Source: Catajapyx aquilonaris (taxonomy: Eukaryota). Taken from it: a stretch of 64,000 bases of DNA. The notes beneath the pieces are model-generated. The model saw only the letters and a list, made by a program, of their open reading frames with translations. It was not told the origin of the DNA and ran no database searches. The position numbers were made by a program, and so were the translations under genes. Of the stretch, positions 50,689 to 62,400 are shown one piece after another (within the stretch, counting starts at the first letter, position 1; each line of letters begins with the position of its first letter). The DNA lies in NCBI GenBank assembly GCA_000934665.2, contig KZ538345.1, positions 1 to 64,000 of the forward strand, in the 5' to 3' direction.

Positions 50689-51023
50689 GATATAATACCT
50701 ATATGGATATGGATATGCAGGTGACGGGGTGATGTATGGAACCCTTAGTGTTTTCGGGTGATCGCACCAGGACTGTCCTTTGTTGTGGCCCGCCAGGCAC
50801 GGTCCTTCGCATTGCCCGATGATTTTAGTTAGTTGCGAGTTTTAGCAATTGAATAATTGTTATTAAGCCACATTGAGGCAGTTTATCTCTTCAAAATGAT
50901 TGTGTATGGGCTATCTTATTTCTGCTTAATAACAATTATTATACAATAATTGCTAAAATGGCTGTACTACTAACTTACTATTTTTTGTCGAAATCGGAAA
51001 AGGTTTGTCGGAAAAGTGGTAGT

Positions 51024-52118
51024 TCAATTTTGTAGATCATTGTAATTGTAATTTTCAGTTTGCTGGGTCTGCATTTTATCCTTTTTGATCCTGTACGATG
51101 GTTTTATATTAAGGTAACTACATTTAAAGGTTTCATCCACAACCATGATGACACCCAAGTTGTTGGGCTCACTGCGTGTGTAGTTGGGGGCCGAGAAGAC
51201 GGTAACAAGTTTTCGGCCGGCGAAGTATTTATACCCTTTTGGACATACTTGATGAGCCCGGCACACGAGGTCCAGATTGAACTTCTCCAAAAACTCTATG
51301 AGAGCGTCCTCGCCAAATACCAGACTCACTTTCCTGTCGGCGTTGGGTGCCCACCCTACGCGACCTTCTTGAGGATCGGCCCATAACAGATCACACATGA
51401 GACCGTCATTCGGTACAGTCGCCGGACGTTTTATAAGTCTTATTTGGTCCAAGTTGTTCAAATGTGGGCTAATTCCTCCGTGGCAGCAGAAGATCTTGCC
51501 ATCGATGATGGCCGACACAGGAAGTACGTCGAATACGGCATTAAACATCACCCACACCCGCGCCCGGTGACTCCTTTCACATTCTGCTAGGAACCCGTAG
51601 TTCCTGTTCATGGAGCCGCACTCGTGGTTGCCCCTCAACATGTACAAGTTTTCCGGGTACTTTATCTTATAACATATAAGCAGCATCACGACCTCGACCG
51701 AGTTTGGTCCCCGGTCAACGTAGTCCCCCAAAAAGAGGTACTTGTTAGTGGAAGGGTGACCTCCGATGTTGAAAATTGTGAGCAGGTCTTTATACTGTCC
51801 GTGGATGTCCCCGCAGACCTTTATGGGCGTATTCACCTCCAGGAGCATGGGCTGACTTAGTAATACTATCGTTGCTGCTTCCAACACTCTTCGTATGACG
51901 GGCTCTGCCATCTCGACGTACTCTTGGTGGAAGGTAGGCATCGCTAGCAACCGCTGTATCAAGGTGTCGACATCGTGGTCGATCTCCTCAGTGATCGCCC
52001 CAGTGCTCGCCCCAGGGGTAGTATCAGTGGTCGTACCAGTGCTCGTCCCAGTGGTCGCCCCAGTGGTCGTACCAGTGGTCGTACCGGTGGTCGTACCAGT
52101 GCTCGTGCTTGCATCCAT
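51024..52118 (-). CDS. Divergent PP1-like serine/threonine protein phosphatase catalytic subunit (PPP family), nested antisense in the netrin intron
   Basis: Uninterrupted 364-aa ORF with all PPP motifs: GDIHG, GDYVDRG, LRGNHE, CHGG, DLLWADP, RAHQ, FSAPNY. PP1-type context: LLSQPMLLE, YLFLGDYVDRG, YKIKYPEN, IIDGKIFCCHGGISP, GLMCDLLW. Possible in-frame upstream exon 52235-52187. Confidence 0.95.
   Translation of the reverse strand: MDASTSTGTTTGTTTGTTTGATTGTSTGTTTDTTPGASTGAITEEIDHDVDTLIQRLLAMPTFHQEYVEMAEPVIRRVLEAATIVLLSQPMLLEVNTPIKVCGDIHGQYKDLLTIFNIGGHPSTNKYLFLGDYVDRGPNSVEVVMLLICYKIKYPENLYMLRGNHECGSMNRNYGFLAECERSHRARVWVMFNAVFDVLPVSAIIDGKIFCCHGGISPHLNNLDQIRLIKRPATVPNDGLMCDLLWADPQEGRVGWAPNADRKVSLVFGEDALIEFLEKFNLDLVCRAHQVCPKGYKYFAGRKLVTVFSAPNYTRSEPNNLGVIMVVDETFKCSYLNIKPSYRIKKDKMQTQQTENYNYNDLQN
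51988..52107 (-). repeat. Coding 12-bp tandem repeat x10 encoding (TTTG)-like units
   Basis: Units of consensus ccagtggtcgta on the + strand translate on the minus strand as TSTG TTTG TTTG TTTG ATTG TSTG TTTD TTPG ASTG AITE. Confidence 0.92.
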
Positions 52119-53548
52119 GGCGTGTGAGACCCAGCAATCTTAAACAAAATGAGAGAAAATATTAGACTTAAAAATCTAATACTTACCTATTCCGAGGCCG
52201 AAGGCGGGCTGACCGCGGTCATTCCGCGGTTCCATGGTTACATAATGGAGTCTCTCTGGTAACAATATTTGACCCCTTCTAGAGAAAGTGTATCAATTGA
52301 TATGTCGAGGAGAACCACGAGTTTGGACTTTTTACTTTAAATTTTTCTGACAATGTTATAGTAGAGGATGGCCAAGGAAAACTTTGTTAAATCGTATATT
52401 GATCATATTAACTTCAATTTAATCAAATCAATGGTGTATTGGTATGTGGAATCATGCTTGGGTACATTTGGGCGCATTAAAATTATATTAAAATTATTGA
52501 TATTGACCAATATGTTAAGACTCAAAAAATTGGAATTTAGCTAAAGTTGATATAAAAATTAAAGTTTAAATTCTGCCAGGTTCCTATCATTTTACGTGAC
52601 CATTACAAATGCGAAAAAATTGCAGATTTTCCCCACGCGGCAACAAATACTGTATGGGTATATTTAAAAACTCAGTTTCACTTTTTCATCTGTAGTATCC
52701 TCACAGTGAAATCTATCTAGATACTTCTGAACAACAATAACAATAATAACAACAACGCGATTGTTTGCTTGTGAATTGAAGACTGCGGCATTTTGAAAAA
52801 GCAACGTATCATTTATGCTTCATAAATGCTTCATAAAGATTTAAAAAAATCAAGACCACCATTAAGCCCTACATTGTTAAATATTACACAATCTCCGACA
52901 TCTCCATTCATTACCACCCTAATTAGAGCCACATTTGATTCGCCTGTACCTTCCATTTAATAAATTGAAATCCTGCTCCCAATATTAGCCCGAGATATTC
53001 TTTCCTCCACCTACAAGCCGACACTGATTACCTAATCCAATTTCGCCATAGCCTGATCCTCACCCTCATTTTTATTTTACCGTCAGGGCCTTCCCCCCCC
53101 CCCCCCCCNCTCCTTCCAACCTAGGACAGAAAGTAATCACGACCGCATTTAAGTTTCCCATGTCACTGCTGACCGCCAACCGACATGTCCTCCGTAAACC
53201 GTACGTGCCCCAACTCCGACGGGCGATTGCGGAGGAAAGTGGAATGGTGTTTTAATCTGATTGTTTGATGATGGGTACAAGATGAGGGGTACCCCCCCGC
53301 TCGATTCCAAAACCACAGCCATCCATTTCTGCAGAGCCTCAGCCGCAATATTCCGGGCGGCGCTCCGCATCGTATCTCCTCCCTCCGCGCCTAATTTAAT
53401 ATGCGACCCGCACAGCCACCTTAGCAAATCATGCCCCCCACCCAACCCTCCTCCACACCCGTCCCTCCCCACGTCCACAAAATTTGTCTGAGCGCTTTAT
53501 CAAGCCAACCCAAGCATCTCAGGAAACCCCCCCCCCCCCCCCCCCCCC

Positions 53549-53694
53549 NNNNNNNNNNNNNNNNNNNNNNNNNNNNNNNNNNNNNNNNNNNNNNNNNNNN
53601 NNNNNNNNNNNNNNNNNNNNNNNNNNNNNNNNNNNNNNNNNNNNNNNNNNNNNNNNNNNNNNNNNNNNNNNNNNNNNNNNNNNNNNNNNNNNNN
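53549..53694. other. Assembly gap
   Basis: Run of N between poly-C and poly-G tracts. Confidence 1.
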
Positions 53695-54004
53695 GGGGGG
53701 GGGGGGGGTGTTGAGGTCACGTCCGATACGTCTTTATTCAAGCAGGCCACTCAACTGCGGCCAGGGACACTCCACATGAGGTGCTTCCTTTGCAGCCGGA
53801 CCTGCACTTTGTCACGCTTCAAACTGCTGCTTGTTTGGCTTTTTTTTGTTGCAACCACTTGCCACTTGTTCGTTTTATCGCTTTAATTAGCATTTGATCA
53901 GGTTGGTTGTGTTACTGACATGGTGGTATTTGCCATGCTTGATGGGAATTTTTTGTATGTGTAAATAGCTTCAAATATGTTATCATGTCGTCTCATTTCT
54001 CTTC

Positions 54005-54005
<1 letters not shown>

Positions 54006-54079
<74 letters not shown>
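54006..54079. repeat. (ATT)n microsatellite followed by (GTC)n
   Basis: Directly visible. Confidence 0.97.
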
Positions 54080-57000
54080 CGTCGTCGTCGTTGTTATTAT
54101 TTACAAAGTACAGTTTGTTGATCATAAACGTACTGTACTTGGACGACGAAAAAAACACGGTATCACGAGCGCCTTCAAGTAATGATTTCGAGTGTAAGAT
54201 TCGATTGGTCGTATCGTACGTAAATATTGCGGGTAACATGCAGCTGCAATGCGCCTGTATACAGTAGTTATAAAATAAATAATGCACTGGGATATCCGTG
54301 CAGTGTGTTTATCTATAGAACAAGAGTTGTATTGTATTGTATACTGAACTGCCGTACATTGATCATCCCTCTCCTTGGGTGTTCCTGTTTAATGCACGTT
54401 CCAGCTGTTTATAGATATTGTGATTGGCGACCGTCTTTTTTGTCACGTCATCGCCTACTTAACGGCTCACTTGATATATACTGAAAGTCACACTTTTCCT
54501 GCGAATACAAGACGTGTGCATGATCCTGAATAAACTACCGCGCCGCTAAGAATTTATTGTTGTATGCATTACAAAACGAATTGAATAAATTTATTATGCA
54601 CCCTATGGGCTTTGGACTGGCGAAAGAATCTGGACACAGAGTTACGATATAAACCAGAATGCTGCCAGAGCATGGTGGCTCCTTACTTAAAAAGAAACCT
54701 GTACAATATCGTAAAAGAATTCTTGTACTGGAAAATGTGCCGTCACGCTAACCATTGACAAAGCGGTAGCTGTCATTTATGGCATTACCTTCGGCACCTT
54801 CACGTTACGCGATGCTATCAGCTATTATTTACTGAAAGGAAGGCGGGGTCGGGTGGTGTAGAACTTGAGGCGCAATGAAGAAAATTCGTGACGTTGAATG
54901 AGAAGGAATAGTCCAGGGTAGGGTAAAAGGCAGTCAGGTTCCGTTGGATTCCTGAATCCCGAGTGTCATAAACCAGTAAGTTGTAGCCGTATAATTGTGT
55001 CCCATGAGTAAGGTGAGGGGGCACCAGATGATACTATAAAGGTTTCCTTCTTTCGGGAGGGGACTCGCTAGACTAGTTTCAAGGATGATGGTGGAGGTGG
55101 GGGAAGATGGAGTGCGTGGGAAATGAGGTGAGAAAGACGGCAAAGAAAAGGTATTCGGCGTTTCTCCCCTTCCCCACCATCGTCTCCCCAAGGCGATCTA
55201 CCCAAATGGTGTCGCCTGACCAGAAATTCGAATATTAGGCAGAGTGCAATGTGACAACGTCAAACGAGCATGCGCCAATCAACGACGTTCATCTGGCGCG
55301 CTGAGCCTGATCGCAGTGCTCTGTGTGATGTTGCCATGTGTATATTACATCATTTGTCACGATTAAGCCGTATCTCGTAATTCTTCCAGCAGTGGCAGCG
55401 CAAGTACACAGTGAGGTTAATGGCTTTGCACCTTCCCTGCTTCTTTCATGATTCTTTCTCGAATCAAACCATTCCTTTTTCCTATCCTCCACTAACTCAA
55501 GTTCCCCCGCCTTGGAAAACCCCCACTTTTCCTCCCCTAATCCGGATCTAATTGCTCTCATGCTTTATTCATGGCCCAGCGCAGGCGCCTAGCCCTCACT
55601 CGATGGAAGCCCCGTCTCCCGGCCCCTAGGCGACTTAATTCCAATTAACTAATTGCAATCAAGTTTCCGCCTCGACTCAGAGACGGAAGAGACGATAGGT
55701 GGGGAGAAATTTTTGAAAGGAAGGTTATTGTTTTTGGAGAAAAAATGGCGGAAAGGGTTAGGAGCGCCCCCCCCCCCCCCCNNNNNNNCCCCCCCCCCCC
55801 CCCCGCCCCCATTTGTTCATAAGCGAAGGCGTTGGCAATAAAGCACATGAGCGGTGGTGAATAATGGCGGTGGTGAAAGTTGTAGCAATTTTCCTCGGAT
55901 GCGGAAAATAACCATGATTTATACACAGCGAATCAGTGGGGAGGGTTGCCTCACCTGGTAGCCACGGGTTGCCAGCTCTCTGGATCGCTTCCGGCCAAAT
56001 AAGGGGGACCATAGGATTGGGGCAACTATGGGGTATTGTTATGGGCATTTATTGTTGGATCGAGGGGCTGGGTCGGCATTGATGGATGCTTTCGACGCCT
56101 TCTCAAAAGACCCAAGGGTTCTTTTCTGTTGGTCTGGTAAAGGACACCCCAGGAATTCCTTTCACTCAATTGCGCTGGTAAACCTTCCGATTCTTGTTTA
56201 GACCTTGTGGCCCAAGTCCAGTCCACACTTTTGGTCAACACGTTCAGACCGCCAAAGTTGTATGTCGCCGGTTGACATACCCACAAGTCACGCCGACCAG
56301 CTAATGACTCATCTACTTCTTTTCAACTCAGTCGCATACCATGTGTCCCAAGTTGCTGTAGATACTTCTTGACACCCAGGGATTGAGCCCTGTATTTACA
56401 GCCGGGCCAACCCAGCCATGTAGATTCCTTGGAATCTCCGGATTCCACAAAACATATCTTGGCTGGTCAAATAAGGGGGGAAGGGGTGTGGGTGTGTTTT
56501 CTCAGCAGGGTAGCAGATCCCAATCCGAATGTCCCATCTTCGAAAGAAAAAGAAGAAAAAAAAGAAAGGTCAGGGAATTTAGTTCGCTGGCTCGCATGCA
56601 GCAGCGCCACCAAATCTCCTGGCGGCATCAAGCGGGGCTAAGAATCTCAGCGCGCTAAATTGGTTGCCTTATCTGATTCTGGGATAGACAAAGGGAAGAA
56701 GGAGCAGACCCGTTTCCCTTTTGGCCGTCGTTGTTGTAGATCACCGCCGTCCCCCAGACGGACGGCGCTAATTACTATTCTTGATCTTTCTGTCCCGAAG
56801 TTTTTTTTTTTTTTTTTTCATTCTCCGGGTTCGTTTTCTTCAGGACTGATTGGGCCTGTCAGCAGGAATTGCCGTCATGCCTGGTCGACAACTAAACATT
56901 ACGGTTTAATTGTTTTTTTCCACCCTTGGAATGATTTTCTCCCGCCGGTCCTCATCTATATAGCGCAGGAATGATGACTGAATTTCAAACCTGCGGGGAA

Positions 57001-59136
57001 GAAAGAGATATCTTGTGCATAATTATTTAAAAATGAAAATAGTACATGAGCTATTTTTTGCGTTAAATTTATGGTGAGGATGTTATGCCATGGGCGTTGT
57101 TGATCTTTGAAAAAAATAAACGATGCTCCTCCCCTACATCTATAATCTATATTGACCAAAGACATCACGGAAAAGGTCCTGCGTCAGTCATTATGCAATC
57201 AGTACAAGTGTGGTATCCAGGACATCCAATAATAGAGTTTACTAGGTTTATTCCTGTCTCGCATAAATCACTCCAAACGTTAGGACGAAGTCATATTTTT
57301 GCCACCAGTGACATTAATTATCCTCTGGGTCAATTTTGTCGCATGAATTTGCTGAATATTCAAGAGCCAAACAATATTAGATTTTATATATAGATTTGTT
57401 TTAAATAACTTGAGTCGCCTTCTTCATGATTATGAATATCCCGACACGTGCACCCGCCCAACATGAAATGCACAGAATTGACATGAGCACATCAGTATAT
57501 GGCACAACGGTCTGAGGAGAGGTGCTCAACTTATCAATGAAGGATATTATATGCGGAAGTCCTTAACTGGCTGCATGAATCGTGGTCAGTGTTGAAATTA
57601 AGTGCAGATAGGAACATATCCCATCGCCCATGAGTAATAATGTTTACTAATATTTATGCTGATCCGTATTCTTTTCGCATAGTTTTGTGCTATTAACTGT
57701 ATAGAAATGTCAAATTATAGCACCCTGTTATTGTTGGAATTGTTTTTACTGCGTTTTTAAAATTTCAAAATATTAGACTTTGTAAAACCACCGTTGTTTG
57801 TATTGATATTACGATAATATTACAATCATCACTTATTTGAATTACTCTGCTAATCTGTCACGCACGTCCACAATGCCAATTGCAAATCTTGTGATTAAAA
57901 CTTATTCACTTTGCTATTTCCCTCAGTTTATTAATATACAATATACGCATCTACTTGCTCCCAACATAATGCAAAGAATATTGCATTACAACACTTGACA
58001 TTCTATACACAATTAACTTGGACATATAATGCGTGTCTCGTAATATGAACTGTATATTTCCAGAATTTAACGAGTCAGAGCAGTCCATAAATGATATCAT
58101 CTGGTAGGGGAAGACCCTCGTCCTCCTCCCCCCCCCCCCTCCCCCCCATCCAGCGATTTCTTTTGGCCCTCGGAGGGGGAAGTCGTAATCACATAAATGC
58201 GATGCAGTATTTGAGCGAGCTTAGTTTGAAAACTGCGCCCTCCCTGTTCATAAAGATAATTTAATTTCCGTCCAATTTAACGAAAAAAAAATCCCTCCGG
58301 CATTGTATCTATAAACATTTGCGCATCATTTTGTACAACAAAAAGGCGCGATCTTACATGTGTTTAGATCCAGCACGCGGTGGCCTTTTTGCCGCAAGGA
58401 GGTGGGAGCTGCAGGGCTGCCAACAGTGTCGGCAAGCCCTTGGGATGATCCCCCTTTCATCCGGGCGTAATTAGGCTCACCCCCCACCCTCCCTGTGGGG
58501 GATCAAAAGGGGCCAAGCCCCGGCGCAGGTCGAGCAATAACGTTGGCCGCCACGATCCGCGCTAATGAGGCGGGCGCAGAAAGGGTCAGCTGGGATGAGC
58601 GCCACGGAATCCCCCGGATCCAAAATCCCTCAAACCACCCCCCTGTCTACCACCCACCCAAAAACCGAAAAAACCGCAAAACGGGCTACAAAGCGAGGAC
58701 CGGCGTTGCAGTTATACTGGGTTTGCCATATCTGGGACGAGCAAGGACACCTCAAAGGGTAGTTTGACCCAATAGTCTGGTATAGCCTTTCGCATAATGT
58801 GGACTGTAATGCCAAGAGCGCCGATTTTATGCTACGTATGTATCTGTTGCTTCTGGGCCTGAATCCGGGATGTGGAGGATTCATTTCGTATTATAGTCCA
58901 TTAGCGGAGTGGAGACTCAGAAGGTGGATGACTCTTGCCCCAGACACGACTATACCAGAAACCACCAAGCCCCTGGAAGCATGGGAAAGATTCAATAAAT
59001 TTTTCAGAGTTTTCAGATTCGATATATGAATTTTCCCTATTGGCATCTTGTTATATCCTTTTCCTACATGCTTCATAGAAATTGATTTATGGACCGGCGA
59101 TTGGAAGATAATTTTAGTAATTTAAGCAGAGAACTA

Positions 59137-59405
59137 GGCACCAACTTGCCAAAATTTGGCAAACAAATTAGGCAAAATTGCGAAAGTGGAGAGAGGGAGG
59201 GAGAGAGAGAGAGAGAAAGAGAGACGCGGACCAGGCAGCGACATCCGACGACGAATTACCGCTCGCGGCCGGAACGGCGCGGCGTTTGGTTTTTTAAGGC
59301 GCTCGTCGTTTTTTTTGCGTTTTATAAATTCCCTGGACACTATTTCCAAAAAAAAAAACAAAGTTTACTGAAAATATAGGACACGCGGGCTAAATTTTGA
59401 CATCA
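59137..59405 (-). repeat. Dispersed repeat, second copy of 38045-38272, with an inserted GA tract
   Basis: See 38045-38272. Confidence 0.7.
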
Positions 59406-62400
59406 TTTCCAATGCTGTAGGCCGTACACAGCGGGAGGAATCGCCATCACAGTAAGGTATTAATAATATAAATGGTAGTGACGTCACAAGCGTTTCATTT
59501 TCAGTTTCATTGACAGTTGTATGATTTATCTCGCGTGTCTCATAATTAACATTATAGCCATCGTTGCTGTTACACCACGAAAAGCACAATTAATCAATCC
59601 TAATTTAGCTCACACTCTTGTCAGTGGAAATGGTGCGTATACTCTCGTATCTCACTTTAGCCCTCCTGACATCAATATAAGCAAGATATAAGGGGTAAGG
59701 TTCTCGTGGTGGAATGCACCTTCGGTTCTGCCTGGCCTGTTCTTGTCGGATACACTCAGGTACAGGAGTACCAACATGACTCAGTAGCATCGGCTGAATT
59801 TCCACCGGTACGGATGTGAGATCCGTTCTGAAACACCATGATATTATGGGCTAGAAAGGTGTTTAGTGGGGTTATTAATTTTAAATCTAAACTGATAATA
59901 ATGAGTGATCAATGGCATATGTACAGTAAAATCCATATTATCATCATTCATAGCAGCAGGAGTCTCCGCTGATAAATATCTATAGACTCCAGCATTAAGT
60001 CACATTAGACAATCACCTGGTGTTGCACTCAACAAGAGCAGCCATTTAAAAAAACACACTATGAATCATCAACTAAAGGAGACGGCAACAATGCCGTGCC
60101 TATCTGCTGGTCGATTAAGCAGCATGGTGCCGGCTTGTTTGGTTCTAATTGCGCTTACTGCGTGACTTCCGTGCCACCAATTAATGCTAATATCTATGCT
60201 AGTATAGGCAGGGGCATATGTATATCACGAAAGGAACTCATCCCAGCTTGGGCCACGAATTTTTGGAGGCTTCCCGCAGTCCCGGGTCTCATGTGTCGGC
60301 CAATGCCCCTCATACATCCCATTGATGACCTCGTTCCCTGTCGCGATTGGATATACAGTATTGAAATAAGTCCGCATTCCCTGCAACTGCAGGCGGCCCT
60401 ACAAATCAAGGGCATCCAAAGAAAGATATGCTAGTCCTACTTTCCTATCTCCATTATTGCAATTAGAACCGAGTAATGGGTGTCACTCTTTAGCTGTGAA
60501 TTATGGCTATTGGACACAATTCACATTACCTTTTTAATTAATGAAGGACAGGTTGTCTTCTTCTCGGTTGTGGCCATGTCCCTGGACAGCCCTGCAATGA
60601 GGCGGCAACAGCTTTTTAAGACCACCCATAGCTCTCATAATTCAACGCCCATCCTTGGGACACCTGCCCCCCCTCAACCCCCTTGCCCTGGTCCCCTCCC
60701 TCTCTTCAATTCTTCACACCTATGGCTCAGGAGGAGGAAAAATAAGTATGGCCCCCCTACCAGTTGCATCTCTATTCCTTGCCCATTTCTATGGAATTCT
60801 TGCACACGTCAGAGGTAGTCGAAATTAAAACTAGCAGATTTAAATTTTCAGTACAAGGATAGGTAAAGCAGCGCCAATTGCTTATGTCAGGAGCATATAA
60901 TTATTTTCATAAGGGCAGGGTTTTGCAATTTATTGTTGTCCCCATTCTTTTGACATCCCAGACGTGTACCGGTACTGAAAAATAATACCATACCTACCGT
61001 ACAAAAAAAAATCAACGTGGCAGTGATATAATTACGCAGCTCGTAACTAATTTAAATTGAAAGTACGGCTGTCAGACCCAGCATTTAATGTGACAATAAT
61101 CTCAGAGCTCAATTAGGATGAAGCACCCAATTGAAATATGACAACCACTTTTCGGCTCCTGCACAATGGCGATTATGGATGTGTAAGAAAACGCTTTCTA
61201 ATCTCAACTAATCGTACCCCCTCTTAATCCTACATCCCCCATTGGAATAGGGCGTTGCCATGTAGGAATGAGCCAAACGAGGTGTGAAGCATATACCCTC
61301 GTGAGTAGAAGATTACTGCGAGAGGTGCATAACCAGTGTGAGATCCATTAATTAGAGGTTTCACTCTCTCGCCTGGCTTATTTCAACACCCATGCCTTTT
61401 TTTTGTGTGTGTGGTTTGGTACGGAAAGTGGCGGTAACATGCCTTGACGTGATGACTTGGTTGTAGGCGGGTGTTGCCAGTTGATGGCAACCCTGTGAGG
61501 AATTGGCGGGAAAGGAGGCGGCCATTCCTGGTGATGGCAACAACGCAATTCTTCTATGTGGCAAAGGTCGGGCGTATTGTCGAGGCCGTGGCAGCGACGA
61601 AGATGCCCATGACAGCCGTGTCCAACGGAGAGATGAGCACAAAAAGAAGGCCACATACCCACCCATCCACCCACCCCCTTCCTGGTCCCAACCCCTGCAG
61701 AGCCACATAGCCAAGCGTATAGGCCTGACCACTTGGGATTTCCTTCTAAGGTGTGACCTTGCCACTACACCTGAACTGGAAGATGAGTTTTGGGTAAAAA
61801 AAAAGGTCGTCCCCCGATCCACCCCCCACATGGATTGCAGGATTCCGCTGTGAAAGGCCTAGATAAGGATGTCATCATCAAAAATCAAGGTGGAAGAAAT
61901 GAAGTCATTTTATGGTTGACCAGCAACTATCGGAGAATGGTTTTCTAAATCACAGGAAATAATCATATTTTCGAGCATACAAAGTGCTTAAATTACTACG
62001 CAGTATCAGGTCTTTAAAGTGTCAGCCGAGCTGCCCTTTCCAGCAGTCAAATTAGGCTCAAAATAAATTTGGGCACCGCGTTTTGATTCATTTTTGTACG
62101 AAACGTCTCAGGGAAGTCTCCTTCGGAAGTCTGCCAAGAAAGAAAGAAAGAAAAAAAAAACTGGCGGTTTACTCATGGGACCACGCTTCATCCTCTGGGA
62201 AAATCAAAGAGTTTGTTTGTTCTAATGGAGGGAGCAGGAGAAACCGCCATGTTCTTTTGCTCTGGATTTGAAAACGACAGGAGTGAGCCAGAAAGATAAG
62301 AATCAAATACTGCAAAGCCAAATAATCACCATCCCTTCACAAATATTTGGTTAGGTCGAAGGTCGCCAGGCATATACCTTAATAGGGGAAACCATGTGGA

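Noticed and set aside
51024..52118. Phosphatase as transposon cargo or horizontal transfer
   Set aside because: No TIR, LTR or TSD pair bracketing the gene was found, and the motifs are eukaryotic PP1-type. It cannot be excluded without a phylogeny, but nothing in the sequence supports it.
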